In this document: one piece after another, positions 61,901 through 64,000 of the stretch
Layout: every line of letters begins with the position of its first letter
Position numbering within the stretch: position 1 is the first letter of the stretch
Source: Eledone cirrhosa
Lineage: Eukaryota
Assembly (NCBI GenBank): GCA_964016885.1
Contig: OZ024742.1
Span: 166,780,001 to 166,844,000, forward strand
Direction of reading: 5' to 3'
DNA: 64,000 bases
Notes under the pieces: model-generated
The model's input: the letters and a program-made list of their open reading frames with translations, nothing else
What the model was told of the DNA's origin: nothing
The model's database searches: none
Program-made: the position numbers and the translations under genes

Positions 61901-64000
61901 CGTCGAAGGGAAGATAATTTCCAGCCCTCCAAGGGGCTATAATTTCCAGCGTCCAAGGGGAGATAATTTCCAGCCAGCGAAGGGGAGATAATTTTTTTAA
62001 AAAAATCATTGGGAGATTTGTAAAAAAAATCAGGGAGAGATAATTTGTAAAAAAAATCAAGGGGAGATAATTTCCAGCCTTCCAAGGGGAGGTAATATCT
62101 AGCCGTCCAAGGGGAGATAATTTCCAGCCGTCCAAGGGGAGATAATTTCCAGCCGTCCAAGGGTAGATAATATCCAGCCGTCCAAGTAGACATTTTCCAG
62201 CCGTCCAAGGAGAGGTAATTTCTAGCCGTCCAAGAGGAGATAAATTCCAGCCTCCAAGGGGAGATAATTTCCAGCCAGCCAAGGAGAGATAATTTGTAAA
62301 AAAATCAGGGGGAGATAATTTGTAAAAAAAATCAGGGGGAGATAATTTGTAAAAAAAAATCAGGGGGAGATAATTTGTAAAAAAAATCAAGGGGAGATAA
62401 TTTGCAGCCGTCCAAGGGGAGATAATTTTCAGCCGTCCAAGGAGAGGTAATTTCTAGCCGTCCAAGGTGAGATAATATCCAGCCGTCCAAGGGGAGATAA
62501 TTTCCAGCCGTCCAAGGGGAGATAATTTAAAAAAAAAAACAGGCGAAGATAATTTGTAAAAAAAAAATCAGGGGGAGATAATTTGTAAAAAAAAATCAGG
62601 GGGAGATAATTTGTAAAAAAAAATCAGAGGGAGGTAATTTGTAAAAAAAATCAAGGGGAGATAATTTCCAGCCGTCCAAGGGAAGATAATTTCCAGCCGT
62701 CCAAGAAGAGATAATTTTAAAAAAAAATCAGGCGGAGATAATTTGTAAAAAAAATCAGGGGGAGATAATTTGTAAAAAAAAATCAGGGGGAGATAATTTG
62801 TAAAAAAAATCAAGGGGAGATAATTTCCAGCCGTCCAAGGGGAGATAATTTTCAGCCGTCCAAGGGGAGATAATTTCCAGCCGTCCAAGGGGAGATAATT
62901 TTAAAAAAAAATCAGGCGGAGATAATTTGTAAAAAAAATCAAGGGGAGATAATTTGCAACCGTCCAAGGGGACATAATTTTCAGTCGTCCAAGGAGAGGT
63001 AATTTCTAGCCGTACAAGGGGAGATAATTTCCAGCCGTCCAAGGGGAGATAATTTCCAGCCGTCCAAGGGGAGACAATTTTTTTTTTAAAATCAGGCGGA
63101 GATAATTTGTAAAAAAAAATCAGGGGGAGATAATTTGTAAAAAAAAATCAGGGGGAGATAATTTGTAAAAAAAAATCAGGGGGAGATAATTTGTAAAAAA
63201 ATCAAGGGGAGATAATTTCCAGCCGTCCAAGGGAAGATAATTTCCAGCCCTCCAAGGGGCTATAATTTCCAGCGTCCAAGGGGAGATAATTTCCAGCCAG
63301 CGAAGGGGAGATAATTGTTTCAAAAAAATCATTGGGAGATTTGTAAAAAAAATCAGGGGGAGATAATTAATAAAAAAAATCAAGGGGAGATAATTTCCAG
63401 CCGTCCAAGGGGAGGTAATATCTAGCCGTCCAAGGGGAGATAATTTCCAGCCGTCCAAGGGGAGATAATTTCCAGCCGTCCAAGGGTAGATAATATCCAG
63501 CCGTCCAAGGGGACATATTTTCCAGCCGTCCAAGGAGAGGTAATTTCTAGCCGTCCAAGGGGAGATAAATTCCAGCCTCCAAGGGGAGATAATTTCCAGC
63601 CAGCCAAGGGGAGATAATTTGTAAAAAAATCAGGGGGAGATAATTTGTAAAAAAAATCAGGGGTAGATAATTTGTAAAAAAAAATCAGGGGGAGATAATT
63701 TGTAAAAAAAATCAGGGGGAGATAATTTGTAAAAACAAAATCAAGGGCAGATAATTTCCAGCTGTCCAAGGGGAGATAATTTCCAGCCGTGCAAGGGGAG
63801 ATAATTTCCAGCCGTCCAAGGGGAGATAATTTCCATCCTTCCAAGGGGAGATAATCTCCAGCCGTCCAAGGGGAGATAATTTCCCGCCAGCCAAGGGAAG
63901 ATAATTTTTAAAAAAATCAGGCGGAGATTGTAAAAAAAATCAGGGGAGATAATTTGTAAAAAAATCAGGGGGAGATAATTTGTTAAAAAAAAATCAGGGG
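43907..64000 (+). repeat. Second copy of a ~44-45 kb super-repeat, collinear with about 1-31400 but lacking several internal duplications
   Basis: Position 1 (ATGATTTGTA) matches 43907, and the rare variants AGGTGGACAT and CCCGCCAGCAAAGGG match at offset 43906. Later offsets are ~45373 (2320-7659), 45323, 45139, 40063, 35801 and 32585. Confidence 0.85.

Larger units (their letters stand above)
1..64000 (+). repeat. Composite satellite DNA array of two monomer types (25-bp A and ~27-bp B), head-to-tail, running off both ends of the window
   Basis: The core GGGGAGATAATTT, or a close variant, recurs every ~25-28 bp from the first line to the last. It is followed by either CCAGCCGTCCAA (A) or GTAAAAAAAATCAG (B). 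I found no inversion or non-repeat insertion. Confidence 0.99.

Noticed and set aside
19-63894. The many minus-strand ORFs of 60-198 aa as protein-coding genes
   Set aside because: They overlap in all three frames and are translations of the same 25/27-bp monomers. Most start at non-ATG codons (TTG etc.) and shift frame with A-tract length. They show no recognisable domain and no frame conservation between copies.
1-64000. CRISPR-like array (constant core plus variable spacer)
   Set aside because: The constant part is only ~13 bp, and the intervening 12-16 bp are just two recurring types rather than unique spacers. There is no leader or cas gene.
1-64000. Telomerase-synthesised telomeric tract
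   Set aside because: One strand has G-runs, but two monomer types, ordered variant cassettes and kb-scale duplications indicate recombinational amplification rather than templated addition. There is no TTAGGG-like unit. A subtelomeric location is not excluded.
1-64000. A hidden message or synthetic binary code in the A/B order
   Set aside because: The order is accounted for by nested duplications and deletions with inherited point variants, as expected from natural satellite turnover.
1-64000. Embedded transposon, inversion or unique island
   Set aside because: On reading through I found no reverse-orientation monomers (ATTATCTCCCC on the + strand) and no non-satellite stretch. A very short insertion could have been missed by eye.

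Overview
The whole 64 kb window is one uninterrupted, single-orientation satellite DNA array. I see no genes, RNA genes, transposons or unique sequence. It is built from two related monomers that share the core GGGGAGATAATTT. Type A is 25 bp (AAGGGGAGATAATTTCCAGCCGTCC) and type B is about 26-29 bp (AGGGGGAGATAATTTGT-A7-10-TC). They alternate in short runs, roughly 2,400 monomers in total (estimated as 64,000/26). Diagnostic variant monomers occur in fixed-order cassettes, and these cassettes are nested in kb-scale tandem duplications (about 7.2, 5.1, 4.29, 3.217 and 7.39 kb) and in a ~44-45 kb super-repeat whose second copy lacks three of the internal expansions. All listed ORFs are minus-strand artefacts of a monomer with no stop codons. 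The array's size suggests a eukaryotic centromeric, pericentromeric or subtelomeric satellite, but I cannot determine the organism or function from the sequence. The interest here is the array's architecture, not a coding system.
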